Of a stretch of 64,000 bases of DNA, positions 46,342 to 57,200 are shown one piece after another; position 1 is the first letter of the stretch; the number at the start of each line of letters is the position of its first letter. Position numbers and translations under genes: made by a program. Origin of the DNA: a virus; the IMG/VR virus record IMGVR_UViG_3300020221_000005, positions 1 to 64,000 of that record; one strand, given 5' to 3'. The notes below the pieces were generated by a model that made no database searches, had not been told where the DNA came from, and worked only from the letters and a program-made list of their open reading frames with translations.

Positions 46342-48101
46342 GTTATACTGTAAATAATAACGTAGTTAATACGGCAAACGAAGATTATAACTTATTGTAT
46401 ACTCGTAGAGATGCTAAAAATCTTGTTGAAAATGTTTTTAGTTATCAGTTTGAACCGGGTTTGGTATTAGATGTTCTTTTAAACGATTCTCATCCCAAGT
46501 TTAAAAATGAAAAAATGGGAAAAATGAACGATCCACAAGATCGTCCTATTAATTATAATGGAGAAGAAGCAAAAACTACAGATAACTCTTATTTTGTTAT
46601 TGGCAGCGTTTTAGTAAGATTGTGTTATTCTCAACAAAAAAAAGATCAATCTGAATTAATTTGGGCCTGTCCGTTAGACAATTCATTTTCTACATTTCCA
46701 CTTCTAAATGAAATAGTACACGTCGTAAAAATATTTGACACTTATTATTATACTAATAAAGTAAATACTAGAAATTTTTCTAATACATCTGCGGATTTTA
46801 GATATGAACAAACTTACGGAAAAAGATCTAGAAATACGTCTTACGAAGAAGTGACGTTAACCGGACCAGAATCAAAGCTAGATTCTACTAAAAATTCTAA
46901 TCAGAACAGTTTTAACGGAATTTTAGGTAATTATTTTTGGTTTAATTCAAGAATAAGAAATTTAAGAAGATTCGAGGGTGACAGTGTATTTGAAAGTAGA
47001 TTTGGACAAAGCATCAGGATGGGATCTTATGATGATAACAGAAGCAATGACAAGGGAAACTATACTGATTACAAAAGTGGTAAAGATACACATGGTGGCG
47101 GAAATCCGATGATATTAATCCGAAATCGTCAACGTCCATTAACGCAAGATAAAAAACAGACGTTGCATCCACTTTTAAATACCATATCGGATATTTCTTC
47201 TTCATTAAATGAAAAAAATGTGGGCGGATACATGATTGAAGATATTAATAACGATGGTTCATCAATTCATATAACTAGCGGACTTACTGTTTCAAAGTTT
47301 AGAACCACTTGTTATAAAAAATATTTTTCAACAGATAAACAAGAAGAACAGTTAAAGTTTATTCCGTCGGAAGCTACAAAATTTAAAACTCCGGTCTTTA
47401 ATAAAGATCAAATTGTGATTCATAGTGATAGATTAATTTTTGCTTCTAGGTTTAACGAAACCATGCATTTTTCAAAGAAAAGATATATGATAACCACGGA
47501 TAGTGAATACACCGTGGACGCGCACGATCAAATTGTATTGACTACAAATCAAAAAACTGTGATAAATTCGCCCGCGATTTATTTAGGCGAATATAATAAT
47601 ACCAATGAACCAGCGTTATTAGGTCAAACAACGGTGGATTGGTTATATGATTTATGTTGTTGGTTAGAAGAACACGTTCATCACTATGAACATTCGCATT
47701 CTCATTCTGGTGAAGCGTCTCCATCAGACACTCAAGTTCCTGTTCAATTAACAGAACTCCGTGCGTTGCGTGATCGATTACATACCTGTTTAAGCCGAAG
47801 AGTATTTTTAACAGGAGGTGGATATGCGACAGGAGCAAATGGAAAGTCTATAACCGATGGAGTAAATCCTGTTTCAATAGAAAATATTGACAGTGAGATC
47901 GGGGTTTCAGGAATTCCTGGCGGTTGGACAGGTCGTAGCAGAAGATTAGATGCTGTATTTGATGACGAAACTGTGAGTGCAGCAGAATCTCAAATAGAGT
48001 CTTCTATGAACGATATATTAGAGGAATTTGGAGAGACATTATCTCCTGCCGAATTGACCGTTTTATTGTCTGACGTAATAGATCAATCTTTAGCAGAATA
48101 A
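46338..48101 (+). CDS. baseplate hub/central spike protein (gp5/gpV-like)
   Basis: EGDSVFESRFGQSIR, QIVIHSDRLIF, IYLG..EPALLG, His-rich tip motif; upstream of gp25. Confidence 0.65.
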   Translation: MSYTVNNNVVNTANEDYNLLYTRRDAKNLVENVFSYQFEPGLVLDVLLNDSHPKFKNEKMGKMNDPQDRPINYNGEEAKTTDNSYFVIGSVLVRLCYSQQKKDQSELIWACPLDNSFSTFPLLNEIVHVVKIFDTYYYTNKVNTRNFSNTSADFRYEQTYGKRSRNTSYEEVTLTGPESKLDSTKNSNQNSFNGILGNYFWFNSRIRNLRRFEGDSVFESRFGQSIRMGSYDDNRSNDKGNYTDYKSGKDTHGGGNPMILIRNRQRPLTQDKKQTLHPLLNTISDISSSLNEKNVGGYMIEDINNDGSSIHITSGLTVSKFRTTCYKKYFSTDKQEEQLKFIPSEATKFKTPVFNKDQIVIHSDRLIFASRFNETMHFSKKRYMITTDSEYTVDAHDQIVLTTNQKTVINSPAIYLGEYNNTNEPALLGQTTVDWLYDLCCWLEEHVHHYEHSHSHSGEASPSDTQVPVQLTELRALRDRLHTCLSRRVFLTGGGYATGANGKSITDGVNPVSIENIDSEIGVSGIPGGWTGRSRRLDAVFDDETVSAAESQIESSMNDILEEFGETLSPAELTVLLSDVIDQSLAE

Positions 48102-48106
48102 AAAAT

Positions 48107-48928
48107 ATGCCTACATATACAAATTTACCATCAACGCCAAGTTTACCATCGATACCAAGTTTACCATCGATACCAAGTTTACCATCGATACCAAGTTTAC
48201 CATCGATACCAAGTTTACCATCGATACCAAGTTTACCATCGATACCAAGTTTGCCATCGATACCAAGTTTACCATCGATACCAAGTTTACCATCGATACC
48301 AAGTTTGCCATCGATACCCGAATTTAAGGTTCCTAACATATCAGGCAATCTCAAATCTATAGCAGATAAAATTGATATTTCTAAAATAAAAATACCCAAC
48401 GTATCTAAACTTTTAAATTCATTACCTAGTGTTTCTATAAAATCTCCAATTCCACGATTGCCATCTTTTACGTTGCCAAAATTATCGGCAAAGTTACCAG
48501 TTTTGAAATTATCTATACCCAAACTACCTTCAATACCAAATTTACCATCGATACCAAGTTTACCATCGATACCAGGTTTACCATCGATACCAGGTTTACC
48601 ATCGATACCAAGTTTACCGCCGATACCAAGTTTACCGCCGATACCAAGTTTACCGCCGATACCAAAAGTCAACTTGCCAAACTTTAATAAAATGAAAAAT
48701 ACGATAGCTTCAAATTTAAAATCTAAAATTCCTAAAATGATTAACAATTTTAAATTAAACTCTAGCTTGCCTTCGCTTCCGAGCTTGCCTTCGCTTCCGA
48801 GCTTGCCTTCGGTTCCGAGTTTGCCTTCGGTTCCGAGTTTGCCTTCGGTTCCGAGTTTGCCTTCGGTTCCGAGTTTGCCTTCGGTTCCGAGTTTGCCTTC
48901 GGTTCCGAACATCTCTAGAATTGTTTAA
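48107..48928 (+). CDS. low-complexity (PSLPSI/V)n protein
   Basis: 18-bp tandem repeats; co-oriented and tightly spaced in the baseplate operon. Confidence 0.6.
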   Translation: MPTYTNLPSTPSLPSIPSLPSIPSLPSIPSLPSIPSLPSIPSLPSIPSLPSIPSLPSIPSLPSIPSLPSIPEFKVPNISGNLKSIADKIDISKIKIPNVSKLLNSLPSVSIKSPIPRLPSFTLPKLSAKLPVLKLSIPKLPSIPNLPSIPSLPSIPGLPSIPGLPSIPSLPPIPSLPPIPSLPPIPKVNLPNFNKMKNTIASNLKSKIPKMINNFKLNSSLPSLPSLPSLPSLPSVPSLPSVPSLPSVPSLPSVPSLPSVPSLPSVPNISRIV

Positions 48929-48961
48929 TAGTTTATTTAAATAAGTTTATATTTATAATAT

Positions 48962-49369
48962 ATGAATACTGAGACATTTAAGAAAATGATAAAAGAAACT
49001 GTAAATGAGGAATTAAAAGTTGTATTGCCGCAAATACTAAATGAGTTCTTTTCAAGAAACCTATCTTTACCTAAAAATAACGAGGGAAGTCTTAAAAAGA
49101 TATTAGATGCTTCAAAAGGTGTAAAAGAAACAAAGACAAATTTAGAAAAAAAGACGTATATCAAAAATAATTCGGTGTTGAATGATATTTTGAATGAAAC
49201 GGTTGTCAAAATTCCTAACGATAATGAAATATCTCCCATAACAAATTCCACGCCGTCAGTCTTAAATAATACTGAAAACTTGCCTGATACGTTGTCTTCT
49301 GTTTTTACAAAAAATTACTCTTCTTTGTTAAAAGCTGTAGATGAGAAAGTCAAAGAAAAAAGATTATAA
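48962..49369 (+). CDS. hypothetical protein (FKKMIKETVNEEL leader)
   Basis: TATTTAT at 48950; LNDILNET. Confidence 0.7.
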   Translation: MNTETFKKMIKETVNEELKVVLPQILNEFFSRNLSLPKNNEGSLKKILDASKGVKETKTNLEKKTYIKNNSVLNDILNETVVKIPNDNEISPITNSTPSVLNNTENLPDTLSSVFTKNYSSLLKAVDEKVKEKRL

Positions 49370-49783
49370 ATGACTATAACTTCCTCATATTCTCCTATCG
49401 GATTAGAAGTGCCTTTTACAAGAGGTAATAATGGTTATTTTCAACAAACGTTCGATACTAACAGTCAAGTAAAACAAAATCTTTTAAATTTTTTAAAAAC
49501 TAAAAAAGGAGAAAGACGAATGTTTCCTCAATTCGGCACTAAATTATATGATGTAGCATTTGAACAAATTGATGAAACTACAATCGAAATAACAAAAAAT
49601 ATAATAAATGAAGAAATAAAATATTGGGTACCAGAGGTCACGATAGAGAAAATTATAATTTCTGACAAATCTGATAGGGAAAATACTGACGGATATAAAA
49701 TATACATTTCTTTAGATTTTATTATAAATAAAACTAATGAATCGGATAATTTAGTGTTGGAATTACAATCTAATAGAATTTAA
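49370..49783 (+). CDS. baseplate wedge gp25-like
   Basis: VKQNLLNFLKTKKGERRMFPQFGT. Confidence 0.88.
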   Translation: MTITSSYSPIGLEVPFTRGNNGYFQQTFDTNSQVKQNLLNFLKTKKGERRMFPQFGTKLYDVAFEQIDETTIEITKNIINEEIKYWVPEVTIEKIIISDKSDRENTDGYKIYISLDFIINKTNESDNLVLELQSNRI

Positions 49784-49785
49784 TT

Positions 49786-51750
49786 ATGGCAACTATATTA
49801 GATAAAAATTTTAAACCTCAGGCAAGAGAAGTAAAATATCTCGGTCGAGATTTTAATCAAATTAAACAAAATTTAATAAATTTTGCAAAACAATATTATC
49901 CTAAATCGTATAAAGATTTTAGTGAAGCTTCTCCTGGAATGATGTTTATAGACATGGCATCATATGTCGGAGACGTTCTTTCTTTTTATATTGATTATCA
50001 GTTCAAAGAAGGACTTATAGAATTTTCAGAAGAACGAAAGAATGTAATAAATTTGGCAAAATATTTAGGATATACTACAAAACCATCTAAACCATCAATT
50101 ACTACTTTAGATTTATACATGATCGCTCCAGCCAAAAGAAATTTGGACGGAAAGTTTTCGCCCGACGAAAGATACATGGTAAGTATTTCGGAGGGAATGG
50201 AGGTTGTTTCTTCGACAGGAGTTTCATTTTTAACAACCGACGAGGTGAATTTTTCTTTAAAAAGTGAACTTTTTCCTAGAACCGATGAAGTATTTTCTAG
50301 AAATGATGTCGGTGAGCCTGAATTTTATTTATTAAAAAAGTCTGTTCAAGCTTATAGTGGTAAAAAAATAACTAAATCTGTTATAGTGGGATCTGACGAA
50401 CCAAATTTAAGAATTGAATTCACTGAGAATAATATTATTAAAATTTTAAATGTAAAAGATGCGGATAATAATACGTGGTATCAAGTAGATTATCTGGCTC
50501 AGGATTTAATTTCGTTATCGGTTGAAAATAACCAATACGATTTTGAAAAATTTTCAAAGTTTAAATCTACCGTTCCTAATATTATAAGATTCTTACGGAC
50601 CAATAGAAGATTTACAGTGAATGTAGATGAAAACAATAAAACGTTTTTACAATTTGGTCCATCTACAGATAGTATAGAAGAAGAACTTTTGGTGCCAAAT
50701 TCCGACAACATAGGAGTTGGTTTTTCAAATATAAGTAAATATAATTTGACACTAGACCCTACTTCTTTTTTGAAGTCTAATGCATACGGATTGTCGCCGT
50801 TTAACACTACGTTAGAAATAACATATGTTGTTGGGGGTGGAATAGAATCTAATGTAAACGTCGGCGATATTACAAAAGTAAGTAAAATAGAATTTATAGA
50901 TTTACATGAATATTTACCGACCGAAGCGGCATTAATAGGCACTATAAAAAATAGTTTAAAAGTTGAAAATTCAATTTCTGCTATAGGAGGTTCTGGACCC
51001 GAAACTATAGAAGAAATAAAAAATAATGCCATTTTTAATTTTGCTGCACAAGATAGAATAGTTACTAAAGAAGACTATATTGCTAGAGTTTTTAGTATGT
51101 CGCCTGAGTATGGAAAAATTGCTAAAGCATATGTTACAACGGAAAACGATTTATATACTAATAATACATCTTTTATTACAGGATTAATAGACAAAAATAA
51201 TAACATAATTGTCGACGAAAAAAATAAAGATTTTAGAAAAATTAATTTAGATGGTGTTAATCCGAATGCTATAAATTTATATGTATTAACATATAATGAA
51301 AATAAAAACTTAGAAGTAGCAAATGAAGCACTGACATACAATCTTAGAAATTATCTATCTAGATATAGAATGTTATCTGATAGAATTAATATTATCGACG
51401 CGTTTATTATTAATATAGGAGTAAATTTTACATTGTTAACATATTCTAATTATAATAAAAAAGAAGTATTAAATAACTGTATCGATGCAATAAAGAATTT
51501 TTTTAATATTGATTTGTGGCAAATTTCTCAACCAATAAATATAAATCAGTTGGAGTTGGAAATTGCAAAAATAGAAGGAGTTCAATCTGTGGCAGATATA
51601 GAGATTGTTAATATAATCGATTCCGGCTATTCAATTTGTGAATACGATTTGAAATCCGCCACTAAAAATAAAATAATATATCCTCCTATTGATCCTGCTA
51701 TTTTTGAGATTAAAAATCCAGACATAGATATCAAGGGAAGGACATTATAA
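49786..51750 (+). CDS. baseplate wedge gp6/J-like
   Basis: YLGRDF..KQNL, DFSEASPGMMFI..YVGDVLSFY, GGSGPETIEEIK, AQDRIVTKEDY. Confidence 0.85.
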   Translation: MATILDKNFKPQAREVKYLGRDFNQIKQNLINFAKQYYPKSYKDFSEASPGMMFIDMASYVGDVLSFYIDYQFKEGLIEFSEERKNVINLAKYLGYTTKPSKPSITTLDLYMIAPAKRNLDGKFSPDERYMVSISEGMEVVSSTGVSFLTTDEVNFSLKSELFPRTDEVFSRNDVGEPEFYLLKKSVQAYSGKKITKSVIVGSDEPNLRIEFTENNIIKILNVKDADNNTWYQVDYLAQDLISLSVENNQYDFEKFSKFKSTVPNIIRFLRTNRRFTVNVDENNKTFLQFGPSTDSIEEELLVPNSDNIGVGFSNISKYNLTLDPTSFLKSNAYGLSPFNTTLEITYVVGGGIESNVNVGDITKVSKIEFIDLHEYLPTEAALIGTIKNSLKVENSISAIGGSGPETIEEIKNNAIFNFAAQDRIVTKEDYIARVFSMSPEYGKIAKAYVTTENDLYTNNTSFITGLIDKNNNIIVDEKNKDFRKINLDGVNPNAINLYVLTYNENKNLEVANEALTYNLRNYLSRYRMLSDRINIIDAFIINIGVNFTLLTYSNYNKKEVLNNCIDAIKNFFNIDLWQISQPININQLELEIAKIEGVQSVADIEIVNIIDSGYSICEYDLKSATKNKIIYPPIDPAIFEIKNPDIDIKGRTL

Positions 51751-52037
51751 TGCATAAATTTATACATTGTTCTTCAGACTTTTTTATTTGGAATGATGGG
51801 GATTATATCTTGAAAAATTTTGGTCGAGACGAGATTTTAGAAGTTGAATCTGTTCATAGACCTATTAGAACATTTGTATATACCTCTTCAGCACAAATAT
51901 CTTCTACGCGAGAACGAATAGGACTTTCTGTTTTAAATTTTTATGGATACATTAACGGATGTATTACAGGATCCGGATTTGTTTCTGGAAGTGTATCTGG
52001 CAGTGGGATGTATATAGAGGATGTTCATACGTGTTAA
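51750..52037 (+). CDS. virion protein N-terminal module (NFGRDEILEV)
   Basis: homologous to start of 52042. Confidence 0.55.
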   Translation: MHKFIHCSSDFFIWNDGDYILKNFGRDEILEVESVHRPIRTFVYTSSAQISSTRERIGLSVLNFYGYINGCITGSGFVSGSVSGSGMYIEDVHTC

Positions 52038-52041
52038 ATAT

Positions 52042-52425
52042 ATGCACCATTTTATTTTTTGTAAAAAAGACACGCTTATATTAAACGATGAAGTTTTGTT
52101 TGATAAAAACTTTTCATTGGATAAATTTTTGGAAATTGGAGCGGTAAGCAAATTGGATTTTAATTATGAAAAGTCTAATTTACAATCAATTTTTTCAAAT
52201 AAATTAATTTCAGAAAATTTAATCAATTTTACTGGAAATTTTACAGGAAGTATTCACTGTGCGTCTGGTTCCGTAAGTGGTATAATAAATTGTGTATCTA
52301 TCAATCAACCCGGCGGAATTTGTGAGCCGGTTAATTCGGTTGACGATAATGGAAATATTATTGTCGATGAAAATGGTAATATAATTATACTTACTGGTCC
52401 TGAGGACTTCTATTATTTTCAATAA
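52042..52425 (+). CDS. virion protein N-terminal module (NFSLDKFLEI)
   Basis: start moved to ATG 52042 (MHHFIFCKKDT). Confidence 0.55.
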   Translation: MHHFIFCKKDTLILNDEVLFDKNFSLDKFLEIGAVSKLDFNYEKSNLQSIFSNKLISENLINFTGNFTGSIHCASGSVSGIINCVSINQPGGICEPVNSVDDNGNIIVDENGNIIILTGPEDFYYFQ

Positions 52426-52454
52426 AATATAGATTAAATTTTATACTTATAAAT

Positions 52455-53696
52455 ATGGCATTAACTTTTACAGTAGATAGTTTTACAGGCGTGACAGGAA
52501 GTGCGTGTGTTTCAGGAACTTTATCAGGTTCTTTTACAGGTTCTGCGTGTGGATACACTGGAAGTTTAGTAAATTTTTCAGGAATTCTTACAGGATATAT
52601 TTCAGGAACTTATTATGAAGTTGTAAACAGATATTTGACAAGTTTTAAATCTTTTTTAAAAAGGTCTATTTTAAAATTTGATTTAAGTTCTATAAGTGCT
52701 TCTATTTCTTCAGGATATATATCTAACCCTCGATTTATTTTAAATTTAAAAACTATTGAATCTACGGAGGTTCCGTTGGATTATAAAATCTATGCGTTCC
52801 CTATAAGTCAAAGTTGGGATATGGGAATAGGCACTTTTGCGGCAGGCGGTGGAAATTCAGGAGTCAATTGGAAATATAGAAAATATCCGGACACTTCAAG
52901 TGTTTGGTATTCAAATATTGATATGGAGTCGGATATTTCGGGAATAGATTATTTAAACTCCGCTTCTACCGCACCATTTACTAAAGGTGGTGGAACATGG
53001 TATTATTCTGCGCCCACCGACATAGTTAATAATTCACAAAGTTTTTGTGCAAATATTTCTGGAGCTAGTTATATTTGTACACAGTCATTTGAATATTCAA
53101 AATCTGATATTCAATTGGATATAACAAAAATATGTCAAGCGTGGATATGTGGATGTATACCTAATGAGGGACTTATAATTTTAACTTCGGATGAGCTAAA
53201 CCCCAAAGCAACTAGCAATTTAAAGTTTTTTAGCAGAGAAAGTAATACGATATACTCTCCATACATAGACGTCCAATGGTCGGATTTTACTTTTGACACA
53301 GGTAGTTTATCTCCTATCACATCTAGCTTGGGAATTTCGGTTTCAATAAAAGGATTAAGAAAAGAATATAAAGGCGGATCAAAAGTGAAATTTACCGTTT
53401 TTGCACGTGAACAAAATCCAAAAAAACAATTTACTTCTTTTCAAACTTCATATTTAACACCAAAATATTTACCGACATCTAGCTTCTATTCTATAAAAGA
53501 TAATGAAAGCGAAGAATCAATTATTGATTTTGATACTTATACTAAGTTAAGTTGCGACGAAAATGGAAATTATTTTTACTTAGATACCACGGGACTTCCG
53601 CAAGAAAGATATTACAGAATATTAATAAAAACTGAACTTTCTGACGGATCGATTCAGATATTCGATAACGGAGACATTTTTAAAATTGTGAGATGA
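52455..53696 (+). CDS. virion structural protein (DNRLRE-like beta-sandwich plus conserved C-terminal domain)
   Basis: RSILKFDLS, SQSWDMG.G, GVNWKYR, NEGLII, LKFFSRE.NTIY.P. Confidence 0.65.
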   Translation: MALTFTVDSFTGVTGSACVSGTLSGSFTGSACGYTGSLVNFSGILTGYISGTYYEVVNRYLTSFKSFLKRSILKFDLSSISASISSGYISNPRFILNLKTIESTEVPLDYKIYAFPISQSWDMGIGTFAAGGGNSGVNWKYRKYPDTSSVWYSNIDMESDISGIDYLNSASTAPFTKGGGTWYYSAPTDIVNNSQSFCANISGASYICTQSFEYSKSDIQLDITKICQAWICGCIPNEGLIILTSDELNPKATSNLKFFSRESNTIYSPYIDVQWSDFTFDTGSLSPITSSLGISVSIKGLRKEYKGGSKVKFTVFAREQNPKKQFTSFQTSYLTPKYLPTSSFYSIKDNESEESIIDFDTYTKLSCDENGNYFYLDTTGLPQERYYRILIKTELSDGSIQIFDNGDIFKIVR

Positions 53697-53697
53697 T

Positions 53698-54171
53698 ATG
53701 GCCGATATAAATAAATTTGGAAACGATATTCAAACGTTTAGAAACGGATTATTGAATTATACGCATAGTTTTAATTCTGTGGATAATTTATTTTTTAAAT
53801 CTAACTCCTCAAAATTAAACCAACAGTTTCTGAAAGTGGACATAAAAAATTTAGAATATGATAACAAAAAAATATTGAAATTTTTTCCTATAGAATTTGA
53901 AGAATTTGTCACACGTGAACAAACAGATTCATCGAACACTACTTTAGCTGCCCAAAATGAAAAAATTACTGATTTGGAAAATCAGGTTGTGGACTTACAA
54001 ACCCAATTAGAAGTTGCAAATCAATCGACGGCGGAAAAAGATGCAAAAAACGCAGAAAAACTAGCTATAAAAGATGTTATAATTGAATTAAGAATTTTAA
54101 ACGGCGAAGGTAAAAGTGCAACGGATTTTAGCGAAGATTTTCCGTATGTTTCTTTAGAAACTCCAGAATAA
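53698..54171 (+). CDS. coiled-coil protein
   Basis: ORF in structural operon. Confidence 0.65.
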   Translation: MADINKFGNDIQTFRNGLLNYTHSFNSVDNLFFKSNSSKLNQQFLKVDIKNLEYDNKKILKFFPIEFEEFVTREQTDSSNTTLAAQNEKITDLENQVVDLQTQLEVANQSTAEKDAKNAEKLAIKDVIIELRILNGEGKSATDFSEDFPYVSLETPE

Positions 54172-54207
54172 TACCAAAAATATTAAATATATTTAATAGT
54201 TATTAAT

Positions 54208-57200
54208 ATGTTGAGTATTATTACACAGTCATCCGATAAAATCAATCAGATAAGTTTTTTATCTCTAAAAGATTCGGAATTGTTATCTCTGAGTTCTTCT
54301 AGGGAATACTTCTTTGGAGAACAAGACACGGATTTAATTTCGGTGGGCATTTTTGATTCTCAAAAACAGTTGATTTCTTCAGGAGAAATAACGGGATCGT
54401 CATCTAACTTAAAGGTATATTATGATTATGAAGACGTCGATGGAAATATATTTAAGGATTATTATTTTCCCATCAAATCAAATTTAATTCAAGATTTAAA
54501 CAAAAATATATTGATTTCGATAGAAGATATTATAGATTCACAGTCTGTTACAAATAATAATTTTTATCTATCGATTACGCCGACGTCTCCGTTTTTTTCT
54601 CAAAAAAATCCATTAATCATCAAAGAAATAAGTAATTCTAGAAAAGAAATAAAATTCATAAAAAACTTCGCAGATGAAAGTGTGATAAATGATATATCTG
54701 TTACGTTTAATGGTAATCAAATATTGCTTAATGGTAATCAAGAGATAAAAATAAAAAAAGGAACCGTTTATAACTTAAATTTTACTAATCAAGATATAAA
54801 TATAGTTAGATTTAGTAAAACTAAAGATGGAAAATTTTTTAGTGGTGGTTCAGATTATGTTAAAAATATATTATATAAACAATCCACAAAACAAATTATT
54901 TTAGACGCTACGGAAGATATTCCCAACACTTTATTTGTATACAATAGAAATTTTAAAGATAATAACGCCATTATACAGTTTGAAGGAGAAGTTGATAGTA
55001 AAATTTTTAAATTAAATACCGAATTTTTAGCGTTAGAACAAAAAAGTTTTATAAATAAAAAATTATGCAGCGAGTTTGAATATTATTTGAATTCATTTAG
55101 TTTATCAGAGATTTTTTCAAAAACAAAAGACAACTATGAAACTGAGATAAATTCTTTGAAATTTTTATTTTCCTTAGTCGACGATGATGGTGTAATGGGA
55201 ATACTACGTTCGATCTATTATGGAGAAAGTTATTATGATGCTACATTAAGAAAACAAAAAAAATTATTAGGTATTAAAGACTATATAATAAATTATCTCA
55301 AATTTAATTACGAATTTATCAATACATTTGATTATACACGAACAATTTTTTCTAACATTAATAATTTTACCTGTAATAAAAGATTATTATTTTTTAATCC
55401 AAATGTTAACATATCAAAACAATCCAAACAACAGTATGTTGATTCTTTTAGATATGTGTCAACTGTAATGTCAGAATTCTTAACATATGTAATAAATTCA
55501 ATCGAATTACAATATTTATCAAAATTTAAATCGCCACTAAAAAATACAATAAAATTTAAAGAAAATGAATTATTTTTTATTTTGAATTCGAAAATTCAAA
55601 ATGATGAGTTTTTAGTAAAATTAAAAGATCCTATTCCAGATAACTATAACGCAGGAGATTTTTGTGAAATTTCAAATAATTCATATACCCCCTTCTTTCA
55701 AATAATTAATTTTGAAACTGATTCGATTAAATCAACTATAAAACTGACTCGGCCAAATTTTAATATAGACATAAATGAGCCGTCAACTAGAACTATCGGT
55801 TCTCAATATTTTAATAATAACGAGTTAAAATTAAACAGAATTGATAACAATAAAATTAACGCGGATAAAAAAATTAAAAATATAAATGTTGATTATACAA
55901 ATTTTAGCAATTTTGTGGTGTTTTCTTCGGCAAATTTACGTATTAAAATATTTCAAAATAAAATAATAAAAGAAACTTTGTTGGATGAAGAAAATCAAAA
56001 ATTGAAATCGTTAGATTCCAGTGGATCATCCGTAAATGATAAATTTAACGTTCATAAAAAAATTGAAGACAATAATAAAGAGATCGATGAAATATATTCT
56101 GGATTTGATGGATACGAATCATATCTTTATAATACAAATAAATTTATATATAATTCGACTTTAAAAAAGTTTACGGAATCTAAAACAAATAAATCTTCTT
56201 CCGATTTCGTGGATCAATTATTAAACGATTCAACGTATTATGATAAAAATAATAGAGACTCACTCATAAATAATACTCCTGAATATGTCTACCTAAATGA
56301 AAATAATGACGAATACTTGAAGTTTTTAAGTATGATAGGACATACTTTTGATAACATTTATTTATACATATCATCCATAGGGATTTATAAAAAAGTTGGT
56401 GAAGATTATTCGACGGGAATTTCATCCGATTTTATAAATCATATTCTTTCTAGCTTTGGGTTTGATACGCCTCCAAATGTAAGTGGGATATTAGAAAATG
56501 CATCGATTGAAGAATGTTATTTGGACAAATTTAAAAAGGCCGATTTAAAAAATTCTATATCTTTAGATAAAAAAACTAAAATTATATGGAAAAGAATATT
56601 AAATAATTTACCATCGATTTACAAAACTAAAGGAACTGAAGAATGTCTTAGACAGATATTTTCAATTTATGGAATACCAAATAATATGATTTTGGTAAAA
56701 GAATTTGGCGGCGGTTATACAAAAAATGAAATAAGTTCTTCATATTTGGTAGATGAAAAAGAGTATTTGTTGGAGTTTGTTGGTGGAGACGACGAGTATG
56801 TTGAAATTAAAAATTTAACTCCCTATAAATCTATAGATTTTAAACTTTTTATTGATAAAGAAAAATATAAAAATTTAAACAGACTGATTGTTCCTATTCA
56901 CGGAACTTTCAACGATCTCGGTGATCCGGTTTACTCTTTAGGGTTCATAAAATTTACCGAGAAGTTAGGCAGTTTATACTTCATAATAAAAAACGAAAAT
57001 TTCTTGCCTGTCGTGTATATAACCTCTCCATTTTATATGTTTAACGGAGAAGTAATGAACATTTTATTAAGAAAAAACGAGGCTTCAAAAAAATTTGAGC
57101 ATCCTATAGATGAAAATATATTACCTATTCAGTATGATATAGTCATACATCAAAATGAATTTTGCGTCGATCCAATTGACAAAAAATTTAGTTTTTATTT

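Noticed and set aside
48004-48912. Minus-strand (GxxGKL)n collagen-like ORF
   Set aside because: Shadow of the 18-bp repeat, opposite to the operon; not strictly excluded
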